Below are positions 28,652 through 37,117 of a stretch of 64,000 nucleotides of DNA, piece by piece. The first letter of the stretch is position 1, and each line of letters begins with the position of its first letter. The stretch is from Limnochordia bacterium (GTDB lineage: Bacteria > Bacillota > Limnochordia > DTU080), in assembly GCA_050951545.1 (NCBI GenBank), contig JBMNJG010000005.1, forward strand, positions 1 to 64,000, written 5' to 3'. Both the position numbers and the translations under genes were made by a program. The notes beneath the pieces were generated by a model, which worked only from the letters and a program-made list of their open reading frames with translations, had not been told where the DNA came from and did no database searches.

Positions 28652-30604
28652 TCAGGCCTTGACCCGTCTGTCGGCCTGCGCGGCATAATTCTCCAACCAG
28701 TCCTTCCATTTTCTACCATCACAAACCCCGTGGATTTCGTCCTCATGCTGTGTCACATAATCACCAGCCGCCCGGTAGGCGGCAGCCAGATCCTGGAAAT
28801 GGCCCGCCGCCAACCCCTGCAAACCCTTTAGGATAATCTCCATGAAGGAGACTCCATGACGCAAATAGAACCAGGAAGCTTTCACCCCTTTTAGCATACC
28901 GTCCGCCGACGCAAGACGCTGCTCCGTAAGACCTCTTAACTCGGCTAAGACATCCTCCGCCTGCTTCAAGTCAGCGAGATACGCTTCGTCGGGCGTGGGT
29001 TCGAGGTTAAAGGGCAGGTCGGAATCCATCAGCAGGCTAAGTCTCTCCATCATCTCTTGCACCTGGGCACCGGCGTCGGCAAAAGCGGCTGCGAAATATT
29101 CCTGGCGAATCTCAGCTAAGGGTTTGCTCTTATCCCACATCGCCCGACCACTGACCTCCATGGCCACACCTGTGGGGAAGAAGTAACGCTGGACTTGGCA
29201 GTTGACGATGCCCTGCAGACCAAGATCCTCCGTATCCACAATGTCCCGGTAAAGAACATCGGTGATATATAGCCCCGTGGGCTCGATGATGGATGGCTTC
29301 CAAATAAGATGATAGTCAAAGGTAAAGCCATCTCCGGGGAAGTCCTTCTGCCATTCCCTCAAATGGTGGACGTTCACCGCAGTGGAACGGGGGAACACGT
29401 TCCGATTCAACTCAAAAGGACGCGGTCCCTCCGTTGACAGATCCATGGTACCCTCGAGCAATCCGTGACGGTAACTTCGAGATACAGGCGCAAACATCAG
29501 TATGAATCGATCGGGATTCTTGAGTTTCGTCTGTGTGGGCGCCCATAGCAGATCCTGGTAAATGAGGAAGACAAGCTTCGTGGGGAGTCCTTCTTTGTCA
29601 AGATCGGCATCGACGGCGTTAAGTAGATCCACATACCAATCTGAAGGCGACTTCTGGCGACAGCCGTCGCATTCACAGCAATTGTTGTTTCCATCGGACA
29701 TCCAGATGTGCAGCATGTCCACAGTAGGATGCTCTTTCGCGAACTGCACAATATAATCCGCCAGGGTCTTGAAAGCCCGAGGGTTCGACAGGCATAGTTC
29801 CGTGTCGTAGGGAAAGCCATGCCACCAGTCGCGCTCACCATTCACCAGCGCCAAAAGCTCCTTCTTTTCGGGCGCAAGTTCTTCCTCGGGGCGAGTTCGC
29901 GTCAGGCCAGGCACACCCAGGCACTCGCAGGTCCAGCCGTGACCCACCATCTGCAGGGCAAGACCCCGCTTCTTGATCTCCTTGGTTAGCTGAGCTGCAT
30001 ACGCTTCCGCTTGCTCGACCTTAAGCAGGGGTTTTTCGTTGTTTCTATCATACCACTGGCTCCAAAATCTGTACCCGTTTTGAAACTGAATAAAGTAGGT
30101 GTTAAAGCGCTTTTTCGTCATGTAGCTCACCATATCGGTGGCATGCTCGATGGAGACACCGCCTTCTATGCAGACGCCCCGGTAGCGATAGCTCGCATAC
30201 TCGGTAACGCAATACCCATCAAGTTTTGCTGACACGCCCTGCGGCAAGATTTCACCGTCGGCACCCATCCGGACCCAGCGGCAGCCCAGGCTCTCCAGAT
30301 AAGCGTACACGGCGAACAACACACTTCGAGGGTTGGTTCCCGACAAAAGAAGCTCGTCGGAACCCACGGAGCGCAAGAAAATCCCATCGTCCAGCACATG
30401 GTTGCTTTGAGGCTTCGGGAATACCGTACCAAAGGCGTGCCATACCCCTAGCCAGATACCCGCCGACGCAGGATCATATGTCGAGCGAACATGGATACTG
30501 GCCGGACCGTTCCCGAGAAGCTCCAAATAACGCCCCAATTCCTCGGCGGCGAAGCCCACCACAGGATCATCGCCGACAGTGAACAACTCTAGCATCCGTT
30601 TCAT
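28652..30604 (-). CDS. DUF4838-like putative glycoside hydrolase, paralog 2
   Basis: Colinear and highly similar to 21323-23272. Confidence 0.8.
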   Translation of the reverse strand: MKRMLELFTVGDDPVVGFAAEELGRYLELLGNGPASIHVRSTYDPASAGIWLGVWHAFGTVFPKPQSNHVLDDGIFLRSVGSDELLLSGTNPRSVLFAVYAYLESLGCRWVRMGADGEILPQGVSAKLDGYCVTEYASYRYRGVCIEGGVSIEHATDMVSYMTKKRFNTYFIQFQNGYRFWSQWYDRNNEKPLLKVEQAEAYAAQLTKEIKKRGLALQMVGHGWTCECLGVPGLTRTRPEEELAPEKKELLALVNGERDWWHGFPYDTELCLSNPRAFKTLADYIVQFAKEHPTVDMLHIWMSDGNNNCCECDGCRQKSPSDWYVDLLNAVDADLDKEGLPTKLVFLIYQDLLWAPTQTKLKNPDRFILMFAPVSRSYRHGLLEGTMDLSTEGPRPFELNRNVFPRSTAVNVHHLREWQKDFPGDGFTFDYHLIWKPSIIEPTGLYITDVLYRDIVDTEDLGLQGIVNCQVQRYFFPTGVAMEVSGRAMWDKSKPLAEIRQEYFAAAFADAGAQVQEMMERLSLLMDSDLPFNLEPTPDEAYLADLKQAEDVLAELRGLTEQRLASADGMLKGVKASWFYLRHGVSFMEIILKGLQGLAAGHFQDLAAAYRAAGDYVTQHEDEIHGVCDGRKWKDWLENYAAQADRRVKA

Positions 30605-30678
30605 CCTCTCCTAGACCTTAGCGGCCAGATATTCGTTATGAGACCAGCGGATGCCTGCACTAGCAGTCCCTCTGGCGC

Positions 30679-32532
30679 CTACCCTTGTGCACGGTCGCTG
30701 CGAAGCAGACGCATCCCGTTGAGAATCACGACGAGAATGCTTGCCTCATGCACCAACATCCCGCTGGCCAGGAAGACTCTCCTGCTCATTACCCCCACCA
30801 GCAGCAGCAAGACCACTAGGACAGCAAAAGCCACGTTCTGTCGCACCACCTTCATGATCCGTTTGCTCAGGCCAATCGCCTCCACGACCTTATGCACGTG
30901 GTCCGACATCAACGTGATGTCAGCTGCCTCTATGGCCGCCTGGGTACCCGATCCACCCATCGCGATAGCTACGTCTGCTGTGGCCAGCGCAGGCGCGTCG
31001 TTGATCCCATCGCCCACCATCGCCACTGTCCGCCCCTGAGTCTGCAGGCGACGTATGGCAGCCACTTTGTCCTCCGGCTTCAGCCCAGCCTGGACTTCAT
31101 CGATGTGCAGCTGACTGGCTACCCGTTGGGCAGCAGCTAGGTGATCTCCTGTGAGCATCACCGTATGCCGCACTCCGGCCTGGCGCATAGCTTCTGCCAA
31201 GGCAAACGCTTCCGTACGAATGAGGTCACTGATCGCCAGCAGACCCAAAGGGTTAGCATCCACAGCGACTAAGGCAATCGTGGCCCCCATCTGCTCGCGC
31301 TCAATCAAGATCCTTTCTTGCTCCAGTGACAACTCCACACCCCGACTGGACAAGAGACGACGATTGCCTACCAAGACCAAGCCTTCTTCGGTCTCAACTA
31401 CCGCGCCCAAACCCGGCTCAAGATGCCACTCGCGTGCTGGGACAGCGGAAATGCCCATCTCCTCGGCGTACGATAGAATGGCTACGGCCAGATGGTGCTC
31501 TGAGCGCTGCTCAGCGGCTGCGGCCAAGGATACCAGCCTCTCAGAGCTTCCATCAAATGGCACCACCTCAGTAACGCGCGGCTTCCCCTGGGTCAAGGTG
31601 CCTGTCTTATCAAAAGCAATCGTATCTACCTGTCCAATCTTCTCCAGCCTCTCGCCACCCTTGATCAGAATCCCTCTCTTAGCTGCATTCCCCAAACCAG
31701 CCACAGTGGCTACTGGCGCCGCCACTACCAACGCGCCCGGGCAACCGATCACCAGGAACGTCAGTGCCAGCTCAATATCCCGGGCGAAGACATAGATACC
31801 GATCGCGCTGATGATCACTGCGGGCGTGTACCATTGGGCAAAACGATCCAGAAACTTTTGGGCTCTTGGTTTCTGCTCCTGGGCCTCAGCTACGAGATAG
31901 ATCAAACGACTAAAGGTGGTGTCAGCACCCACGCGCGTAGCCCTAACCTCCAGATAGCCCGCCGTGCTTACACTGCCACTGAGCACCTGGTCCCCTATGC
32001 CCACCTCTGCAGGAAGTGGCTCACCCGTCAACGCTGCTGTATCCAAGGCTGCTTGACCAGCCAGAACCTCACCGTCCACAGGGACTTTGTCACCCGGCAG
32101 CACCACCACGATCTGCCCAGCTTCAACCGTCTCCGCTGAGACCACCTGGATCTCTTCGCCGTCCTTGATCCGGGCCGTGCGCGGACGCATGTCAACCAAG
32201 GTCCGCAACGCTGCCCGCGTCCGAGCCAGAGTGATATCCTCGAGATAGCTGCCGAGCATGTATAGGAAGGTGACAGCAGCAGCTTCCCATGGCTCGTCGA
32301 TCCAGATCGCGCCCACTGCGGCAATAGAGACCAGCAAAGGGATGGTGAATTGCCTGGCCATCAGTCCCTGCCAGGCCAGGTTGAGCACCGGAATGCCAGC
32401 GATCACAGCAGCAGTGACCATGAAATAAGAGTATTGAGAGGGGAACACCCACGCCGAGATGGCAAAGAATCCAGCCCCAACAATGGACATGAGTTTACTA
32501 TGCTTCGCAATTATGTCCTGTATTTTAGACAT
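30679..32532 (-). CDS. Heavy-metal P1B-type ATPase
   Basis: TGE, CPGAL, DKTGT, SEHH, GDGINDAP, HEAS. Confidence 0.95.
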   Translation of the reverse strand: MSKIQDIIAKHSKLMSIVGAGFFAISAWVFPSQYSYFMVTAAVIAGIPVLNLAWQGLMARQFTIPLLVSIAAVGAIWIDEPWEAAAVTFLYMLGSYLEDITLARTRAALRTLVDMRPRTARIKDGEEIQVVSAETVEAGQIVVVLPGDKVPVDGEVLAGQAALDTAALTGEPLPAEVGIGDQVLSGSVSTAGYLEVRATRVGADTTFSRLIYLVAEAQEQKPRAQKFLDRFAQWYTPAVIISAIGIYVFARDIELALTFLVIGCPGALVVAAPVATVAGLGNAAKRGILIKGGERLEKIGQVDTIAFDKTGTLTQGKPRVTEVVPFDGSSERLVSLAAAAEQRSEHHLAVAILSYAEEMGISAVPAREWHLEPGLGAVVETEEGLVLVGNRRLLSSRGVELSLEQERILIEREQMGATIALVAVDANPLGLLAISDLIRTEAFALAEAMRQAGVRHTVMLTGDHLAAAQRVASQLHIDEVQAGLKPEDKVAAIRRLQTQGRTVAMVGDGINDAPALATADVAIAMGGSGTQAAIEAADITLMSDHVHKVVEAIGLSKRIMKVVRQNVAFAVLVVLLLLVGVMSRRVFLASGMLVHEASILVVILNGMRLLRSDRAQG

Positions 32533-32600
32533 AGTTACCCCCCTTGTATGATGATCCTAGGGGCAAGGCCCCAGCAGCCACTGCCGGGGCCCGGTCTTCG

Positions 32601-32816
32601 CTACTCCGCAACGCCGACACCAAACTGCTTCACTTTCGCCTTGATGTCTGCCTCTTGCAGCTGACCCTCATCGTACTCCACACTGAGAGAACCCGTACCG
32701 AACGACACCTTGGCCATCTTGATCCCCGGAAGCCTCTGAACGGCCTTCTCCAACTTCGCAGCGCAGCTCGGGCAACTGAGATTCTCCAGCATGATCATCT
32801 GACGCTTCATGAGCAT
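32601..32816 (-). CDS. HMA-domain metal chaperone
   Basis: LSCPSC motif, 71 aa. Confidence 0.9.
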   Translation of the reverse strand: MLMKRQMIMLENLSCPSCAAKLEKAVQRLPGIKMAKVSFGTGSLSVEYDEGQLQEADIKAKVKQFGVGVAE

Positions 32817-32859
32817 CGCCTCCCAGACCTAGAATGACACAGCTCGGAGGCCTCATGCA

Positions 32860-32873
32860 TTGACGCGCGTCAA
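32860..32873. promoter_or_regulatory. Crp/Fnr(Flp)-type palindromic operator TTGAC-GCGC-GTCAA
   Basis: Perfect palindrome resembling TTGA-N6-TCAA between the regulator and the HMA gene. Confidence 0.7.
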
Positions 32874-32879
32874 GATGCG

Positions 32880-33560
32880 TCATATCTGTGCGAGATCCTT
32901 GAGTTCCTGGGGATCTAGAATCGTAAAAAGGCGCTGACCAGTCTGCTGGATGAGGCCCTCCTCTACCATCGCCCTCAGCCTTCTGCTCAAAGTCTCCGGT
33001 GTGGTTCCCAGGCGAACGGCCAGCTCTGCCCAAGAGATCGGCAGCTGTATGGTGGCTGCCCCCACAGCCTCCGCGTAGCGTAGCAGTGCGGCCGCCAAGC
33101 GCTGGCTTACATCACGTAGCCCCAGCTCTGTGATAAGCTGTTCTGCTTCGTACAGCCTCTGAGCCAACGCTTCAACCAAGGCCAAGCTCAGCTCTGAATG
33201 GGCTCGCAACAGGCCTTGCACTCCGGTGCGAGGCACCATACACACGCTCGTGTCTGAGGCAGCGACAAGATCTCCCTCGAGCGTGATCTGAGCAAAAAGA
33301 GCCATCTCTCCGAAGAACTCACCCGGCCCCAAGACTCTGATCACTTGCTCTCGTCCGCTGGCGGTGGTGCGAGTTAGCTTGAGTTCGCCCTCGGCCACGA
33401 TAACCAAGTGCTCAATAAGGGTACCGTGGGCCAACACAATCTCACCGCGCCTCAGACGCCTATGATGCATAGTATCATCTAACTCCTGCAAGCTCTCCGC
33501 GGGCAGACTGCGAAAGATAGGCACGGCAGCAGCGCAGGATTCCGCCATCGTCATGTGCAT
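32880..33560 (-). CDS. Crp/Fnr-family regulator (Flp-like)
   Basis: N-term SC...VPIF, GEFFGE, GTTPETLSR; ATG 33560 behind AGGAGG. Confidence 0.92.
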   Translation of the reverse strand: MHMTMAESCAAAVPIFRSLPAESLQELDDTMHHRRLRRGEIVLAHGTLIEHLVIVAEGELKLTRTTASGREQVIRVLGPGEFFGEMALFAQITLEGDLVAASDTSVCMVPRTGVQGLLRAHSELSLALVEALAQRLYEAEQLITELGLRDVSQRLAAALLRYAEAVGAATIQLPISWAELAVRLGTTPETLSRRLRAMVEEGLIQQTGQRLFTILDPQELKDLAQI

Positions 33561-33886
33561 GTGACCTCCTTGAGAATCGTGCAATGCTTTGCGGGCTCGG
33601 CGGCCCCCGATCTTCATCCAGCGATGGTGTCGGCGGCTGCTCCCAGTGTTCGCCGTCTGTGACAAGAGCCTCCTGCCAATGGCGTGCAGCACTGCGAACG
33701 CCAGTGCACGCGAAAAACGGCAAAATGGCGGTAAACTGCTGGTTATGTCACGGTTTATTCTGAAACACCCAGACATCAGTGTAGGCGTGTTTGTCTGGCC
33801 CTCCAGCGGCAGCAGATGGACCGCACTAACATTGGCTGCACGGCTGATGTGAGCCCTGACGAAACGAACAAGGTGACCAAGGGTGA

Positions 33887-34949
33887 CTACTCGTCTTGCT
33901 TTCTCTCAGATTGGCTGGCGGTTCCCCAGCCACGTTCATCTATTCTTTGCTGGTACTCACCGCATCTACACTCGAGATAGTTGATGAGCTTCCGGTTGAA
34001 GTCCTGACCGCGCCGGAATGGCAGCCGCCTGTGAATCTTGCGCTTGATGATCTTGCAGGACAGCTCGTGAGCCTGAATCACGATCAGCTTGATCTTCTTC
34101 TTAGCGCAGATCTGCTGTTTGGTCTGGTCACGGCATTGCTGCTTATGGACCTGCTCAGCCGAATTCCGCTCAGTGACGCGGTAGTGTTGCGCCCCATTGA
34201 ACTCCATGGCCGTATTGTGCAAGTAATAGAAGAGATCGACCTCCAGACGCTTGCCAGTTGCTGGGTTCCTCATGAAACCTGGGCGCATTCCGTCGTCGAA
34301 GTCAAGGCAATCGACAAGCGCCAAGAAGATAGCCTGCATGAGAGCCTCTCCGAGGTGCGTAGCGCGGTGGAGCTCATCCTGCACGTCTAGTATTTCTTTT
34401 ACATTTCGCTTATCAACCGGGTTGTGGAGAGTGAAGCGAATCGGTGCCCGCTTGTGCGCCTGCTCCATCTCCAGCCAACCATGCTTGGCCAACTGACGAG
34501 CCGCGTGTTTGATGGTTTGGGGGCTCAGACTCATCCGGCCGGCTAACTCAGCGTATGTGAACTGCCTTTTGCGAGGTGGATCCGTAGGTTTGGACAGCAG
34601 TACGGCATAAACCAATTTGGCCTGTGCATGGATTTCAGTAGCCATGACTAACTCGACAGGCACGGAGACCCTGTCCGGGGATGGCTTCTGTGCCGCGGTC
34701 TGGTCCAGAACCCCGCCTAGCCGGTGGAGCAAACCAGCCCTCGGTGGTTAGCTTGGCTGTCGCCCTGCGAACGGTAGGCCGGGACATACCCGTGCGCCGC
34801 CCCAGGCGGCTGGGCGAGAAAAGGAAGCTTTCCTCCAGCTGATCATCCATCGTTAAGGCCATCCAAACGATCTTCTCGCTGGCTTTTAGCTCGCGAGTCA
34901 GTAGCAGTGAGAGCGGCACGTTCACCTCATCTACATAGAGAGAGTACAA
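33887..34949 (-). CDS. Tandem winged-HTH + Vsr/DUF559-like PD-(D/E)XK nuclease, split by a 1-nt frameshift at 34731-34733
   Basis: Two homologous modules (VP..L....L....K.V...L / HTH / L...GW), then LEVDLFY..AMEFNGAQHY..RDQTKQQIC..IKLIVI. Deleting one base joins ORFs 34635-34967 and 33887-34732 into ~353 aa. Confidence 0.75.
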
Positions 34950-34967
34950 GGGCCTCACCTCACACAA

Positions 34968-34981
34968 CGATCATGTGTTCG
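34968..34981 (-). promoter_or_regulatory. Gram-positive LexA (Cheo) box-like site CGAAC-ACAT-GATCG
   Basis: One mismatch to CGAAC-N4-GTTCG, just upstream of the RBS; weaker second site at 34989-35002. Confidence 0.6.
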
Positions 34982-35106
34982 ATTGTCTCGATGCGATGTT
35001 CGGTACGTGAGGCCAGAATCCTTCCACAGCTTTCGCTGAAAACGCGTGCATTGCCGAGCTAAGACCCGGTGGCCACCGGGAGTCGATTGCATTTCGCCCT
35101 CGGATC

Positions 35107-36957
35107 ATCGGCTCAGTGGGAAAAAGGTATCACCACTGTTCGGTTATGTACTGCCCAGTAGCTCCAGAAGGGCCACCAAGGCGGGAAAGCGTGCTCTTGG
35201 GCGGGGAAATGAGCCCTTCAGGCGGTCAAAATGAGCCAAAACGGGCTTCGCGAAGGCCGCATCGCTGCACTCTTACCACGCACACTGGCCCCGGGGGCTA
35301 ATGGGGCGGCCCTCTTGCCATCGCGGCCGGATCCTTGGCCCCGACTCACGTACCAATCCGGGTGCATCTGTTCGACTACCGAGCCAGTCTCGCGAGCGTG
35401 TGCATGGTGTCCGTCCACCTTTTTCGAAATGCACCGACCGGGGCAACACCAGAGGGTCGGTCCGCAGAGGGATCCGAGCGAGTCCGCTGTGATCGCGCAC
35501 TGGGGAGCTGACCCCAATCGGCTGAGTGGGAAAAGGCTATCGCCACCGTCGGGTTATGTGCTGCGCGGCAGCCCCCAAGGGGCCGCCAGGGCGGGAAAGC
35601 GTGCTTTTGGGCGGGGAAATGAGCCCTTCGGGCGGTCAAAATGAGCAAAAAGGGCTTCGCGAAGGCCGCATCGCTGCACTTTTACCACATACATTGGGCC
35701 CGGGGGCTAATGAGGCGGCTCTTTTGCCATGGCGGTCGGATTCCTGGCTCCGACTCACGTACCAATCCGGGTGCATCTGTCCGACTACCGAGCGAGTCTC
35801 GCGAGGGCGTGCATGGTGCATGGTGTTCGCCCACCTTTTTCGAAATACACCGACCGGGTTAACACTGAAGGGTCGGTTCGCAGAGGGACCCGAGCGAGCC
35901 CGCTGTGATCGCGCACTGGGGAGCTGACCCCATCGACTGAGTGGGAAAAAGGTATCACCACTGTTCGGTTATGTACTGCCCAGTAGCTCCAGAAGGGCCA
36001 CCAAGGCGGGAAAGCGTGCTCTTCGGCGGGGAAATGAGCCCTTCAGGCGGTCAAAATGAGCAAAAAGGGCTTCGCGAAGGCCGCATCGCTGCACTTTTAC
36101 CACGTACATTGGCCCCGGGGGTTAATGGCGCGGCTCTCTTGCCATCACGGTCGGATTTTTGGCCCCGACTCACGTACCAATCCGGGTGCATCTGTCTGAC
36201 TGCAGGGCCTGTTTCGCGAGCGTGTCCATTGATCCGTCCATTCTGTTCGAATGCACCGACCGGGGCTACACCGAAGGGTCGGTGCGCAGAGGGATCCGAG
36301 CGAGCCCGCTGTGATCGCGCACTGGGGAGTTGACCCCATCGACTGAGTGGGAAAAAGGTATCACCACTGTTCGGTTATGTACTGCCCGGTAGCCCCAGAA
36401 GGGCCACCAGGGCAGGAAAGCGCGCTCTTCTGGGGGGAAAAGAGCCCTTCAGGCCGTCCAAACTAGCCAAAAGGGCTTCGCGAAGGCCGCATCGCTGCGC
36501 TTTTACCACGTACATTGGCCCCGGGGGCTAGTGAGGCGGCCCTTTTGCCATGGCGGTCGGATTCTTGGCCCCGACTCACGTACCAATCCGGGTGCATCTG
36601 TCCGACTACCGAGCCAGTCTCGCGAGCGTATGCATGGTGTCCGTCCATTCTGTCCGAATGCACCGACCGGGGCAACACCGAAGGGTCGGTCGGCAGAGGG
36701 ACCCGAGTGAGCCCGCCGTGATCGCGCACTGGGTAGCTGACCCCAATCGGCTGAGTGGAAAAAGGCGATCGACACTGTTCGGTTATGTACTGCCCGGCAG
36801 CCCCAGAAGGGCCACCAGGGCCGGAAAGGGTGCTCTTCGCGGGAAAAAGAGCCCTTCGGGCCGTCCAGATCGGCCAAAAGGGCTCCGCCAAGGCCGCATC
36901 GCTGCACTTTTGCCACCTACACTGGCGCCGGGGGTAAATGGGGCGGCTCTTGCGGCA
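35107..36957. repeat. Tandem array of ~4.5 copies of a ~410-bp hairpin-rich unit
   Basis: Anchor GTGG(G)AAAA at 35116, 35526, 35941, 36347, 36755 (periods 410, 415, 406, 408); shared blocks such as GAAGGCCGCATCGCTGC and CCGACTCACGTACCAATCCGGGTGCATCTGT. Confidence 0.97.
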
Positions 36958-37117
36958 TAGGGCACTGTGAGCCATCCGTGGCAGTATCTGGCCTGGAAGC
37001 ACTTGAGGCAGGATTTGACGCATCCGTTAGCCAATTGGTGCCCACGTAGATGCGATTACGTCACGCGGCGGGCGCCCTACAGAGCGCCCGAATTGAGTAC
37101 TGGAGAGATCACTACCA

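Noticed and set aside
33561-33776. N-terminal extension of the Crp/Fnr ORF
   Set aside because: Strong AGGAGG RBS at ATG 33560; the upstream part has no family-like features.
33699-35056. 12/14 inverted match flanking the nuclease gene (33699-33712 vs 35043-35056) as IS ends
   Set aside because: Short and GC-rich, with no target duplication seen; compatible with chance.
35107-36957. Array as a CRISPR-like repeat-spacer locus
   Set aside because: No unique spacer segments; copies are homologous along their whole length.
35116-37034. Recurrent ~130-aa ORFs (MGKRYHHCSV..) in the tandem repeats
   Set aside because: Broken by indels in some copies, no RBS, mostly non-synonymous differences.
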